A stretch of 64,000 nucleotides of DNA, taken from Candidatus Bathyarchaeota archaeon. Its GTDB lineage: Archaea > Thermoproteota > Bathyarchaeia > Bathyarchaeales > Bathycorpusculaceae. The position numbers and the translations under genes were made by a program. Of the stretch, positions 30,075-40,715 are shown piece by piece. Position 1 is the stretch's first letter; every line of letters starts with the position of its first letter. The stretch lies in the NCBI GenBank assembly GCA_963828195.1, contig CAWHDT010000003.1, positions 256,001 through 320,000 of the forward strand. Reading direction: 5' to 3'. Below the pieces are notes generated by a model that worked only from the letters and a program-made list of their open reading frames with translations, made no database searches and had not been told where the DNA came from.

Positions 30075-31967
30075 TTATGTTGAATCTGTAAACAGCTTAA
30101 CCTTTTCAGCGGGGATAGTGAATTCAAATTGTGCCCCTTGACCTGGTTGACCATTTTCTTTAACTGTCCAACCGTAAACTTCACAGATCTTGTTTATCAA
30201 GTACAATCCGAATCCCGTGCCTTTTCCAAACCCTCTTTCAAATAGATGCTGCTTAGAATTCTCATCTATGCCAACGCCATCATCTTTGAAAAACAATTTA
30301 AATGATTTTTCGTTTAATTTTTGTGCATATATGCGGATTGTGCTTATTTTTTCGCCGTATTTTAAAGAGTTGTCAATAAGATTGTAGAAAACCTGTGTAA
30401 GCAAAGAGTCCGCGATCACTTCGAACCCGACGCAGCGGTTCTCAACTTTTACGCCTTTAAGATCCGAAAAAAGATAAACCGCATTTTGCACCATGCAACT
30501 GATGTCAACGGGAACTAATTCTTCAACGCCGATCATTTCATAGTTTTTTGCAAAATCAAAAATATCACAAATGTTTTTGATGGAATCATCAATGTTGCCG
30601 AGGTACTTCTTTAAGTTGGGCTCAATTTCACATTTTTTCCTCGCCAAATACAAATTGCCCTGAATTAAACCAAGTTTGTTTCTAACATCATGCCTTGTAA
30701 AACCGCCTAAAACCACGATTTTTTCGTTTAGCAATTCTGCCTTTGAAAGAGCATTAGCTAACACGTTCTGAACTATGGTCAAGTTAGAAATATTTAGGTA
30801 AGCCACAAAAAACCCGATTATTTTGCCTTCAACTATTAGGGGTCCACCGGATAAACTGACGTCAATGACGGTGCCGTCACGTTTTTTTCGTTTTGAATTA
30901 AAGGTTACCTGACCTTTCTTAATTAGCCCCTCTATGGTCTGTGACTCTTTTTTAAGCTCCTCAGGAACAATAACATCCATGATTTTCTGGCCCTTGATAT
31001 CTTCAAGGGTGAATCCGAAAAGCTCAGTAAAGCTACTGTTGGCGTCCGTTACGCGAAAAGTCTTATCAGTGAAAACAATCGCTTCTGGATTATACGCAAA
31101 AAGCGCTTTCAGCGTCTGCTGGCTTTCCTCTAACAGTTTTTCTTGCCTTTTACGTTCACTGACATCCCGAACAATGCTTACTCCAAACCATTGTCCATTC
31201 TCAATAAAAGCGGAGAAGGAAAGCTCGACGGTGGTGGCTGTTTTGCCAGATGTGTTTTTGAGGGCAAGTTCAACTGTTTTTCCAGTCATTAACAAGTTGC
31301 CATCTGCTAATTGTTTAAAGCCGTCTTGCATGTTTTTTTCATAGGTTGACGCGAATTGCCTGTTAAAATGCTTGTTTAATGCCTGAGCAATTTGATCCTT
31401 GGCATAATCTAACATTTCTTTTACTGCTTTGTTAGTATATACAATTTCTCCATTATCGTTAAGAACTAAGATTGCATCGATGCAAGAATCAAAAATTGCC
31501 TTAAACCTTTTTTCTCGCGCCTTAAGCATCGCTTGGGCTCTATTGTAACGTGATGCCTGAAGAATACATGATGCCAATTCAGCGTAGGTCGCATCTAGGG
31601 CGCCACGCTTATCCACGTACCTAAAAGCGCCAGAATTTAACGCTTTTACTGCAACCTCATCGCGTCCCTTGCCGGAAAATAAAATGAAGGGCGTCGCATT
31701 TCCAGTAGATTTTAGCTCATCCAAAAATTCTAAACCGTCTTTCCCACTCATCTGATAATCTGAAACTATTACATCAAATTTCTTTGTTTTCAGCATTTCA
31801 AATGCTTCTTTAACCGACTGGGCCGAATCAACTTCAATCTCCCCCTGCATCTCCAAACATTGTTTTGCCATACACAAGAAAGCGGCGTCGTCATCTACAT
31901 GCATTACACGTATGGGATTGTTGGAGATTACTGTAACTTTTGCTTCTTTTAAAGCGGTTTCAAACAT
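30075..31967 (-). CDS. Hybrid sensor histidine kinase (REC-PAS-PAS-HisKA-HATPase)
   Basis: HVDDD/SDYQM receiver; two PAS domains; RHDVRNKL H-box; NLIDNS, DDGVG, GFGLY boxes; start uncertain (31967 or 32000). Confidence 0.92.
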   Translation of the reverse strand: MFETALKEAKVTVISNNPIRVMHVDDDAAFLCMAKQCLEMQGEIEVDSAQSVKEAFEMLKTKKFDVIVSDYQMSGKDGLEFLDELKSTGNATPFILFSGKGRDEVAVKALNSGAFRYVDKRGALDATYAELASCILQASRYNRAQAMLKAREKRFKAIFDSCIDAILVLNDNGEIVYTNKAVKEMLDYAKDQIAQALNKHFNRQFASTYEKNMQDGFKQLADGNLLMTGKTVELALKNTSGKTATTVELSFSAFIENGQWFGVSIVRDVSERKRQEKLLEESQQTLKALFAYNPEAIVFTDKTFRVTDANSSFTELFGFTLEDIKGQKIMDVIVPEELKKESQTIEGLIKKGQVTFNSKRKKRDGTVIDVSLSGGPLIVEGKIIGFFVAYLNISNLTIVQNVLANALSKAELLNEKIVVLGGFTRHDVRNKLGLIQGNLYLARKKCEIEPNLKKYLGNIDDSIKNICDIFDFAKNYEMIGVEELVPVDISCMVQNAVYLFSDLKGVKVENRCVGFEVIADSLLTQVFYNLIDNSLKYGEKISTIRIYAQKLNEKSFKLFFKDDGVGIDENSKQHLFERGFGKGTGFGLYLINKICEVYGWTVKENGQPGQGAQFEFTIPAEKVKLFTDST

Positions 31968-32119
31968 GTTCTCGCCGTTTAGCAGTACTGGGCAATGCAC
32001 TCTACTCTTTCTTCTATAAAATGGCTTACGAATTGGAACTTAAAATTAAGAATAGTTATGTGAAAGATAGATTTGTGATTAACAACAAATAAGAATAATA
32101 TTATGCATTTACTGAGCAG

Positions 32120-32578
32120 GTGTCTGGTATGGAAAATATTCTAGTGGTGGACGACGACCAAAAAATGCAGGAAATGCTCTCTGAAATTTTGACTGACAAA
32201 GGCTACTCCGTCACATGTGTCGCAACCGGCAAGAAAGCTGTTGCTGAAAGCTTCAAACAACTCTACAATTTAGCTTTCATAGATATACTTTTACCAGACA
32301 TGAACGGAACAGAATTGATAAGTAAGCTTCGAAAAACAGAGCCTGGTATGATTAAGATAATCATAACTGGAAACGCCACCTTAGACAATTCTATTGAAGC
32401 GACAAATCACGGAATAGACGGTTACATCGTGAAACCGTTTGATCCCAAGAAACTACTAAATCTAGTAGAGGTTAAGTTGAAAGAACAGCAGAAGAAAATA
32501 CAATTCGACGAGAAAAAAGTAGCCGAATACATTGAGCTAAGACATGAATGGATGGCAAACGCTAACCTCAAAAAATAA
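32120..32578 (+). CDS. Stand-alone response regulator receiver protein
   Basis: LVVDDD, IDILLPDMNG, IITG, YIVKP; short helical tail. Confidence 0.9.
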   Translation: MSGMENILVVDDDQKMQEMLSEILTDKGYSVTCVATGKKAVAESFKQLYNLAFIDILLPDMNGTELISKLRKTEPGMIKIIITGNATLDNSIEATNHGIDGYIVKPFDPKKLLNLVEVKLKEQQKKIQFDEKKVAEYIELRHEWMANANLKK

Positions 32579-32846
32579 TAGGAAAAATTTTGTTTTCCTA
32601 ATAATTCAAGTTTAAAATAAAAAATTTATTTTTTATATTTCGGACGCCGCTTTGTCCCTAAATTATGTGTTGAAGTAAGTTGGTGATACTGCCTTTTCAT
32701 ATCTGCCGATCCTCTCAGCGTGCGCGGGAAAAACTCACTCCAACAATGCCATGCCAGAATAGCGTAATGCTAGCGCGTTGCCTCCATTTTTTCTAGCGCT
32801 GACTTGCGGTGGTCATTGCGCGATTACCGTGCTACAGTCAAGCTTC

Positions 32847-33443
32847 TCATTCTTTGTTGGATGAAGATAGGAAGTTTACGCCTATGGCTATCATCCAAAT
32901 AAGTTGTGGATAAATTATCATTCTTTCCATACCGCCCACGCCAATTCCCAGGTAGCTTGGACGTGTACCAAAATAAAGCACGAGAGCGACAAGCGATGCA
33001 ACACCTAATATTACGGAAAAATACTTGAAAGGACCCCTGATTATTTTGTACGAGGCAATTGCGGCTATGCTCCAAAAGACAAAAACCATGAACGCGCCGA
33101 TGGTGTGAATGATTGGGGTTCCATGAACAATAAATGTGTTTTCAGGAAAAATACCCGCTAAAAGGTAGCCTAAACTTGCCAGAAAAATGGAAGCTGTGAT
33201 TGCCCGATTCTTGAATTCACGGTGAATAAAATATACGCTTATTAGAGCCAATAAGCTTAGCAAGATTGTCGATGGGTCCTCAATTATGGCAGAGGGTTTA
33301 CCCCATACGCCTAGGTCGCTTATGTAGTTCAAAGATGTGCTGTAATTTGGATAAACTGCTTGTGCGAGTAAAATTGCTATGGTATGCTGTGCAGCGGCAA
33401 CAAAAAGTAAGGCTCCAGCCAGTGTCTTGTTGCTATAATTCAT
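32847..33443 (-). CDS. DUF998-family membrane protein
   Basis: YPNYS...NYISDLG, GIFPE, H, GGMER motifs; 5 TM. Confidence 0.85.
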   Translation of the reverse strand: MNYSNKTLAGALLFVAAAQHTIAILLAQAVYPNYSTSLNYISDLGVWGKPSAIIEDPSTILLSLLALISVYFIHREFKNRAITASIFLASLGYLLAGIFPENTFIVHGTPIIHTIGAFMVFVFWSIAAIASYKIIRGPFKYFSVILGVASLVALVLYFGTRPSYLGIGVGGMERMIIYPQLIWMIAIGVNFLSSSNKE

Positions 33444-33513
33444 AACGCGATGGTAAACTGCTTAATATTTAAACCTTGATAATGATTAAAAAGCGGCGCG
33501 CCATTGCCTGTCA

Positions 33514-33981
33514 TCAGTAACCTCGCCACTCATTTGGGTTTTGATATTTGGTGATGGGAGTTGCTTCTTTGGCGTCTTCAACACTCTTGATCATCTGGAC
33601 ATATTCGTTTGTCTTATCTGAGAGGATTTTTTTGAGCATCTCCAGCATTTCCGCTATATTCACAGGCTTCAATAAGTAGCCGTCGGCTTTCTCATTCACT
33701 GACTTCACAGCGTTTTCAATCGAGGGATGACCCGTAACAATTATCTTTACCATCTTGGGCTGAAGCTGCCTCAGTACTTTGAGGAGTTCAACACCTTTAA
33801 TGTCAGGTAACTCGATATCAATTAGGGCAATATCAAACGGTCCGTTTTTACATGCTTTAACAGCTGATTTACCGTTTTCTGCAGTTTCAACTAAATATCC
33901 TGCATCAGTCAAAACAGTAGAAAACAAGTTTCTTGTTCCTTCATCATCATCAATAACCAAAACATTAGATAACATAGACAT
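33514..33981 (-). CDS. Stand-alone response regulator receiver protein
   Basis: LVIDDD, IDIELPDIKG, IVTGHP, YLLKP. Confidence 0.9.
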   Translation of the reverse strand: MSMLSNVLVIDDDEGTRNLFSTVLTDAGYLVETAENGKSAVKACKNGPFDIALIDIELPDIKGVELLKVLRQLQPKMVKIIVTGHPSIENAVKSVNEKADGYLLKPVNIAEMLEMLKKILSDKTNEYVQMIKSVEDAKEATPITKYQNPNEWRGY

Positions 33982-34329
33982 CGCCCCTACCTTTTCCAAT
34001 CATGTCTTACACACTGAAGATATGAATAATAAAAATTATGAAGCCTAAAACTGAATCCGCACACCATATTATCAATCAACTTCAATGTGCATTTCCCGAA
34101 AATTTTTCAGACCAGCCACAGCTACAGCAATGTTTGCCCGCTGACTGTTCGGCAAGTGAAGACAGCGCGCAAATCGCCGCCGCTTCAATCTAGTTCTTTT
34201 ACAAAGACCCTATTGATGCTAAAAAACAAAAAAGACAGATAACGAAATGGGGAACCCATTGACAGAAAACGGCTTTGTTAGAAAGCATTTATGAAAGTTA
34301 AGCGTTAAAAATACTTTGAAGGAACCCCG

Positions 34330-34908
34330 ATGTCAGAACAAATAAGAAGCTTCATCGCTTTTGACATGCAAAACGAGCAGGTGCTAAGCCGACTTGCTGA
34401 GGCACAGAAACTTCTGGTTGAATCAGGCGCAGACCTCAGACCGGTAGCGCCGCAAAACATCCATATAACCACCAGATTTTTGGGCGACATCAGCCCCGCC
34501 ATGGTTGACAAAGTTTTCGAGGCGATGAAAAACGTCAAGTTTACCCCTTTCAACATCAAACTCTGCGGACTTGGCGTTTTTCCCAGCCTCAGTTATCCCC
34601 GCGTCGTTTGGGCAGGAATGACCGACGGCGTGGACCAACTTAAAAGCATTTTCACTCAGCTGGAACCTCAGATTCGGGCTTTAGGGTTTGCGGCGGATGC
34701 ATACGGGTTCAGCCCCCACTTAACCATCGCGCGGGTAAGGTCTGGCAGAAACAAGGATGCCCTAGCTGAGTTGGTGACAAAAAAAGCTGATTACGAGTTT
34801 GGCATCATCAAAGCGGACTGCCTTCGGCTGAAAAGAAGCCAGTTGTCTCCTAAAGGTCCAACTTACTCAACGCTAAGAGAAGTCTGCCCGCCAATGGAGC
34901 AGAAATGA
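34330..34908 (+). CDS. thpR: RNA 2',3'-cyclic phosphodiesterase (2H family)
   Basis: RSFIAF, HITTRFLG and HLTIARVR 2H motifs, GPTY; adjacent to cca. Confidence 0.93.
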   Translation: MSEQIRSFIAFDMQNEQVLSRLAEAQKLLVESGADLRPVAPQNIHITTRFLGDISPAMVDKVFEAMKNVKFTPFNIKLCGLGVFPSLSYPRVVWAGMTDGVDQLKSIFTQLEPQIRALGFAADAYGFSPHLTIARVRSGRNKDALAELVTKKADYEFGIIKADCLRLKRSQLSPKGPTYSTLREVCPPMEQK

Positions 34909-36326
34909 TAGCTATGCAGGAAATTAGAGAGCAGGTTCTCCAGAAAATTACGCCCAGCAAAGAGGACCGCGAAAAAGTTGAGGCTATAACCCGCGAGCTG
35001 GAGAAGAAAGTATCGTTGGCTTGCAAACAAGAAGGCGTTTCCGCAATTGTGCGTGTTGAAGGCTCAGTTGCCAAAGACACTTGGCTTAGGGAAAACCCAG
35101 ACATCGACATTTTCATGCGGCTCCCAACCTCGATTCCGAGAAAAAACCTCGGCGACATCGGTTTAAAAATCGCCAAGAAAGCAGGCGGTGCATACGAGCA
35201 GGTTGAGCGTTTCGCTGAGCACCCTTACCTTGAAGTATTCGTTGAAGGCTACCGAGTGGACATTGTCCCATGTTACGACGCTAAGCCTGGCGAGTGGCAA
35301 AGCGCCACAGATAGAACACCCTATCACACAGACTACATCAAAAAACGCTTGAGCGTGGAGATGCTGGGGGAGGTTCGGCTGCTGAAGAGGTTCATGCAGG
35401 GTACAGGCGTTTATGGGGCTGAAATAAAGGTCGGCGGATTCAGCGGGTACCTCTGTGAACTGCTGATAATGAAGTACCGTTCCTTTGCCCAAACACTGCA
35501 GGCTTTTGCTCTGTACAATAAGCGTGTCGTAATAGACATCGAAAACTTCTATGCTGACAGACAAAACGAGCTTCCCCTGCTTTTCCCAGAATCGTTAGTG
35601 ATTGTTGACCCAGTGGATAGGGGGAGAAACGTTGCTTCAGCCGTGCAGCCTGAGAAGCTTTACGTTTTTGTAGGCGCCGCCAGAGCCTTCCTTGAAAGAC
35701 CCGATGCAGCCTTCTTTTACCCGCCAAAAACTCAAGCGCTGCCTGTTAAAAACTTAAAGAGCCAGCTTGAAAAGCGCGGTTCAGCCACTGTATTTCTGGC
35801 TATAGACCAAGTGAGCGCTGTTCCCGACGTGCTTTGGGGGCAACTATATAGAACAAAACGTTCGCTGCATAAACTATTAGAATTAGCCGATTACAAAGTC
35901 CTGCGGGACACCGTTTGGAGCAACGAAAAAAACCTCAGCATCTTCGTCTTTGAACTTGAAGGGCAATTTTTGCCAAACATCAAAAAACACCTCGGACCGC
36001 CTCTTGAACGAGAAGAAGAAAGCGAGAATTTCCTAGCTAAATACGCTGACAACCCCCAAGTATTAGCTGGACCCTACATCGAGGCTGGACGCTGGATCGT
36101 CGAGGTGCAACGCAAAAACACTGATTCAGTTGCACTTTTACGGGAAAAACTTGCAGGCGGAGGCAAAAACGCAGGCGTACCTGAACTGATTGCTAAATCA
36201 ATTCTTAAAAAACATAAAATTCTGGTTCACGACGAAATTGTCGGGTTGTACGTTGAGAACGACGATTTCGCCGTGTTCTTAACGGATTTTCTTGAGGGGA
36301 AACCGTTTTGGCTAAAAGCCAAATAA
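34905..36326 (+). CDS. cca: CCA-adding enzyme, class I
   Basis: GSVAKDTWL...DIDIF, AEHPY, DIVPCY, SATDRTPYH, YGAE..GGFSGYLCEL, DPVDRGRNVA. Confidence 0.97.
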   Translation: MIAMQEIREQVLQKITPSKEDREKVEAITRELEKKVSLACKQEGVSAIVRVEGSVAKDTWLRENPDIDIFMRLPTSIPRKNLGDIGLKIAKKAGGAYEQVERFAEHPYLEVFVEGYRVDIVPCYDAKPGEWQSATDRTPYHTDYIKKRLSVEMLGEVRLLKRFMQGTGVYGAEIKVGGFSGYLCELLIMKYRSFAQTLQAFALYNKRVVIDIENFYADRQNELPLLFPESLVIVDPVDRGRNVASAVQPEKLYVFVGAARAFLERPDAAFFYPPKTQALPVKNLKSQLEKRGSATVFLAIDQVSAVPDVLWGQLYRTKRSLHKLLELADYKVLRDTVWSNEKNLSIFVFELEGQFLPNIKKHLGPPLEREEESENFLAKYADNPQVLAGPYIEAGRWIVEVQRKNTDSVALLREKLAGGGKNAGVPELIAKSILKKHKILVHDEIVGLYVENDDFAVFLTDFLEGKPFWLKAK

Positions 36327-36424
36327 CCCATCTGTGACGACTGCACCTAATTACAGATGAAAAGCAGAAACTTGGCAACGGAGTTGCTGCGAAAGAAATA
36401 AGAATTACCAATACTAGTTGAAAT

Positions 36425-37201
36425 ATGGTAATTTTTATGGAAAATTATAAGCAGCAAGCAGTGGAATTATTTAAAAGTGGGGAAACTGGGGATAATGGAC
36501 CGCTTTCTCACATCAACCCAGATAAATTTGTTCAGCACAACCTTACATTGAAAGACGGCCTTCAAGGACTAATGGAGCGCAGGGCAATTAATCAAAAAAT
36601 CTCGTTTAAAGCCAATCCAGTACGTGCCTTCCAAGATGGAAATTTCGTATTATTGCACTCAGAATTCAACGTGCCAAACGTTTCTTTGATCGGCTTTGAC
36701 ATCTACCGATTTGAAGATGGAAAGATTGTGGAGCACTGGGATAACTTTCAGCCTAAAGCTGAGAAACCGAGTCCGAGCGGGCACACCATGACCGATGGAC
36801 CTACATTTGCCTGGGGGCTTGATAAGACGGAAGCGAATAAAGAGCTTATGCGAACTTACATGGATGACCTGCTTAATGACCGCAAAGAAAAGTTCGCAGG
36901 CTATTTTGACGGCGATAACTATATTCAACATAATCCTTTGGTTGCGGATAATCTAACGGGGCTGTTTGCTGGATTGCAGGCTTTAGCGGCAAAGGGGCTA
37001 GCTGTGAAGTACACCAAGGTCCACATGATTTTAGGAGAAGGAAACTTTGTACTCGTCGTTTCGGAGGGCAACTTCGGCGACAAGCCTTCAGCCTATTACG
37101 ACCTGTACAGAGTCAAAAATGGAAAAATCGCTGAACACTGGGACACCATTCAAGCAATACCTCCGCGTGAAGAATGGAAAAATTCAAACGGCAAGTTTTA
37201 A
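36425..37201 (+). CDS. Tandem SnoaL/NTF2-like domain protein
   Basis: Two repeats of QHN...DG and D.YR..GKI.EHWD. Confidence 0.88.
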   Translation: MVIFMENYKQQAVELFKSGETGDNGPLSHINPDKFVQHNLTLKDGLQGLMERRAINQKISFKANPVRAFQDGNFVLLHSEFNVPNVSLIGFDIYRFEDGKIVEHWDNFQPKAEKPSPSGHTMTDGPTFAWGLDKTEANKELMRTYMDDLLNDRKEKFAGYFDGDNYIQHNPLVADNLTGLFAGLQALAAKGLAVKYTKVHMILGEGNFVLVVSEGNFGDKPSAYYDLYRVKNGKIAEHWDTIQAIPPREEWKNSNGKF

Positions 37202-37254
37202 CGGGCATCTTTAACATTTTTACCGCATATAGGAATAGCGCCTTACCGAATTGT

Positions 37255-37686
37255 TCATTTCACTCTTTTCCATATCAGGACTCCGGTTTGCTGCTTACCG
37301 CCAAAAATCATCGGCGCCGTGGTCAGCATCAGTTTATCTTCTTCGAACTTGTAGAAGCGTTCCAGTTTTTCGCCTACCCAATTCGGAATTAAGCTCACTT
37401 CTACAAGATGTATCACCTTATCTTCAGTGACTTCATACTTACCGCAATATGAGATGTAGGCCCTTGCCGCGGCTATCATTTCTTCTGCTGGGATGCTCAT
37501 CGGGTCTGGAGACGAAAATCTTCGTCTCTTTGAAGCCATAATTGCTACTGCCATGAATCCATCACGGTTGTACATGATATAGCCTACGGGGTCATTTCCG
37601 AAGGGGTAGGTCACTTGGTCGCCTGACCGATTTTCGTAGGACACGAGCTTCCATGTTCCTATAAATTTTTCAGACATAAATCCCAC
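37255..37686 (-). CDS. Lipocalin-like domain protein (Lipocalin_5 type)
   Basis: GTWKLVS, P.GYIMY..DGFM, SYCGKY, PNWVG, LIWKR. Confidence 0.85.
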   Translation of the reverse strand: MGFMSEKFIGTWKLVSYENRSGDQVTYPFGNDPVGYIMYNRDGFMAVAIMASKRRRFSSPDPMSIPAEEMIAAARAYISYCGKYEVTEDKVIHLVEVSLIPNWVGEKLERFYKFEEDKLMLTTAPMIFGGKQQTGVLIWKRVK

Positions 37687-37915
37687 TTGCTCAAAAGAAG
37701 CCCTTTCTTTCTGAAAAATCTTGTGTTGATATGCTTTTTACTTATTCACACTATTCCAGAGTTTTGTTAAGATTATGATGAAACAGCTAGATGGAAAAAT
37801 AGCAAAATTGCGACCTGAATTCTCTGTCAACTCCTAGTTCCTTCAGGAATCAATCTAAATCTTAGAACTAACATGTTATATTTTGAATGAATTAGGTGAT
37901 AATTGGAGCCTAGCC

Positions 37916-38518
37916 ATGTCAAATAATGATTATTGGGAAAGCGCTTATACAAGCGGGGAATACAAGCATTGGGAGTTCAGTTACCCCTCGCCTGAGCTTA
38001 TCGCCCTTGCAGCCGCCAACGTGCCAAAGAGAAATGCGCGGGTTCTCGACGTTGGATCGGGCGGTGGAACCGATGCGGTCTTTATGGCTCAACGCGGATT
38101 CAGAGTCACAGGTATAGATATCAGTGCAGTTGCGCTTAAAATCGCGGGGAAAAGAGCAAAAAAAGCTCGTGTTAAAGTGGATTGGCTCAGAGGGAGCGTT
38201 TTTGAGCTGCCGATTGCAGCTGAATCAGTAGATTTCTTGATTGACCGTGGTCTATTCCACCTCATAGAAGACGTTGATCGACCCAGATACGCCTCCGAAC
38301 TTTTTCGGGTATTAAAAAACGATGGGCAAGCCCTGATAAGAGGCGCCAGCGGCGAATCACCTCACGACCAATTCAACCCCGTAACCGAAGAAGCCATCGA
38401 CAGATACTTTTCCAAATCAAAATTCAAAAGAGGTCCAGTGCTGCCGATTCCGCTCTTCTCAGTTGAGGGCGCAATGGGTGCTAGGATTGTAATGCTCCAG
38501 AAAATGGGGAAAGCTTAA
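37916..38518 (+). CDS. Class I SAM-dependent methyltransferase
   Basis: VLDVGSGGG, GIDIS, DRGLFH motifs. Confidence 0.9.
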   Translation: MSNNDYWESAYTSGEYKHWEFSYPSPELIALAAANVPKRNARVLDVGSGGGTDAVFMAQRGFRVTGIDISAVALKIAGKRAKKARVKVDWLRGSVFELPIAAESVDFLIDRGLFHLIEDVDRPRYASELFRVLKNDGQALIRGASGESPHDQFNPVTEEAIDRYFSKSKFKRGPVLPIPLFSVEGAMGARIVMLQKMGKA

Positions 38519-38522
38519 CCAC

Positions 38523-39677
38523 TTATTGTGTTACTGAGTGGTACCAGCTGATTATGTATTCGGGCAGGTTCAGCCCTCTTTGTCCCAGGCGTTCAGCCAG
38601 CTTTACTGGGATTGGGCTAAGCACGTAGGCTGCTCGGGTGTAGAAGCGTCTTGGCGTTTGTGGCTTGGCTTCTTCGGGGAGTATGATTTTTAGGTCTGCT
38701 TTTTTTGCCAGAGTTGAGTCGGGAGAGGTTGTTATTGCAAATACTGTTCCAGCGAACTTTTTGATTACGTCAGCCCATATAATGACGGGTCTGGTTTCGC
38801 CCGAGTACGATAAGAGAATTTCAAGGTCGCCAGCTCTTGGATGCGGAGTATTAACGCCTCTAGTTATGTAGACGTTGTCGCCCAAGAAGCTTTTGATGTG
38901 GAAAAGTCTTACGCCCGTCATCTTCGCAATCTCGTTGCCAGTGCCTTTTCCGCCCAAAAACACGTTTGTTCGTTTTTCAAGCAAGTCAACAAGCCGCGTA
39001 TAAGTTTCAGAGCTAACGTTTGAATCTATCATTTCGCCGATTTTCTCGAATTCTTCAACGCAAAACCGAAAAACATCGTCAACCTCAAGGTTACGGAAAA
39101 CCGCCTCCACCATGCTGTTCATAAGCTCAAGAGTACCTAACTCGAAAATGTCGCCCATCATACCCGTTTCGCTGTACTCAGTTCCCGGCTTAGATTTCCC
39201 GCGCCCCTTAAGCTCAACCACGTTCCCGTACTTGCCAACTACATCAGCCAAAGGCGACTCAGTAGCGGAGGTGAAAAGCCCCATGGTGAACTTGTTTGAT
39301 TTTTTTTCTTCAATGTACTTGGCTAGGTCCTGAGCCATAACTAGCGGGTCGTCGGAGTAGCCGCTGCCTGAATTTATCAAAAGCAACGTTTTTTTGTAGC
39401 GCCTTCCAAGGTCGGCAGCCGCATCATACATGCTTTTGCCTGGGAAACCTGGGTCATCAGGAGTTAAAACCACCTTGTTTCTCCAACCTGCTTGGCTCAA
39501 CGCAATCTGGCTTAAAGCAGCATTTAAAGAGTAAAGAGATCTGCCTGATCCTCCGCAGATTACGCAGTCAGCCGCTTTCAATTCATCAAATAACGGGGAG
39601 AGTTCTTTTCGCTTGATGCTTAAAATGTTCTCTTGGATTTTGTTGACGTATCCGATGCTGCTGATTTTGCTTTTGAT
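38523..39677 (-). CDS. Tandem SIS-domain sugar-phosphate isomerase (HxlB/PHI-like); true start unclear
   Basis: GSGRS, NSGSG, MGDIFE in domain 1; GKGTG, SYSGET, ITT in domain 2; frame stays open 32 codons above the first TTG (39581) to ATC 39677, 8 nt below AAGGTG. Confidence 0.8.
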   Translation of the reverse strand: MKSKISSIGYVNKIQENILSIKRKELSPLFDELKAADCVICGGSGRSLYSLNAALSQIALSQAGWRNKVVLTPDDPGFPGKSMYDAAADLGRRYKKTLLLINSGSGYSDDPLVMAQDLAKYIEEKKSNKFTMGLFTSATESPLADVVGKYGNVVELKGRGKSKPGTEYSETGMMGDIFELGTLELMNSMVEAVFRNLEVDDVFRFCVEEFEKIGEMIDSNVSSETYTRLVDLLEKRTNVFLGGKGTGNEIAKMTGVRLFHIKSFLGDNVYITRGVNTPHPRAGDLEILLSYSGETRPVIIWADVIKKFAGTVFAITTSPDSTLAKKADLKIILPEEAKPQTPRRFYTRAAYVLSPIPVKLAERLGQRGLNLPEYIISWYHSVTQ

Positions 39678-39820
39678 TCCAACCGCACCTTCAGTGTCAA
39701 GATGATTTACTGAATCTCTATATTATCCTTGCGCTTGCCAGCAAGCAAAAACGCCAACGCTCAATCAACTCCGTTAACTGCTCCGGCACTTTTACACAGG
39801 TTCCTGCGAGGCTACGCTAA

Positions 39821-40504
39821 ATGTTTATATCAAAAGAAACCCTCACGCAAGAAGCCAGTGTGAAAAATATGCCCTCCCCAAGTGAAGCAGAAAAATACCA
39901 GTTTCTAGTAAAGCTTGCGTTGGATAACGGTGCCGCCGACGCCAAAATTATCTCAGCAGACAAAGTGGTTGTTGAAGACCGCGTGGTTCTTAAATGCAAA
40001 GTCGGCTGCAACCATTACGGCAAAACGTTGGCTTGTCCCCCCTACACCCCGTCAGCTGAAGAGTTTAGAAAAATAGTTCGCGAATACCGCTATGCCATGT
40101 TTATGAAGTTCAAGTCCAAAGCCCAAGCTGACCCCGAAGTGTATAAGCAGCTTTCAGTGGCCGAAACAGACCCCGCCGTCCCAAAGGAAATCAAGGAAAA
40201 AGCAGCGCAGTTTTGGGCAGACTGGAAAGACGACAAGAAAAAAATGCTCCAATCCGTCGTAGACTTGGAAAAAGCAGCCATGAGCAAAGGCTACTCCCTC
40301 GCCATATCGTTTGTTTCAGGAACCTGCCAGCTGTGCGAAAAATGCAATACAGAAACAAAAATTTGCGTCCACCCCAATCTGGCGCGCTGGTCAGAGGACG
40401 CCGTCGGAGTAAACGTGAGAAAAACCGCGGCAAACGCTGGAATCGAGGTTATCTTTCCGTTTGCGAAAAACCCCGAATCGTTCGCATTGCTCCTCATAGA
40501 TTAA
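39821..40504 (+). CDS. DUF2284-family predicted metal-binding protein
   Basis: RV.LKCKVGC..YGK.LACPP and GTCQLCEKC...CVHP..AR.SEDAVGVNV. Confidence 0.88.
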   Translation: MFISKETLTQEASVKNMPSPSEAEKYQFLVKLALDNGAADAKIISADKVVVEDRVVLKCKVGCNHYGKTLACPPYTPSAEEFRKIVREYRYAMFMKFKSKAQADPEVYKQLSVAETDPAVPKEIKEKAAQFWADWKDDKKKMLQSVVDLEKAAMSKGYSLAISFVSGTCQLCEKCNTETKICVHPNLARWSEDAVGVNVRKTAANAGIEVIFPFAKNPESFALLLID

Positions 40505-40715
40505 CCCCTCGTCATGGGGAAGAAACTAAAAAACGCCTTGCCCAGCCTTCATGTGTGTCTGCGCGGGGGAAAATGTTGCTGAAGTAGGAGATCTTCACTT
40601 TGAAGGCTTCCATAAGGCCTTATTGCGATTCATGAGCCGACTGACTGCAGCAAACGCCGAAATTCCTAGTGAGCTAACAAACAATAAATGCTGATTACGT
40701 TAAACTACGCCGAGG

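Noticed and set aside
32640-32846. GC-richer intergenic patch with short similarities to 40555-40575 and 45680-45745
   Set aside because: Shared words are only 7-9 nt and no consistent fold was found
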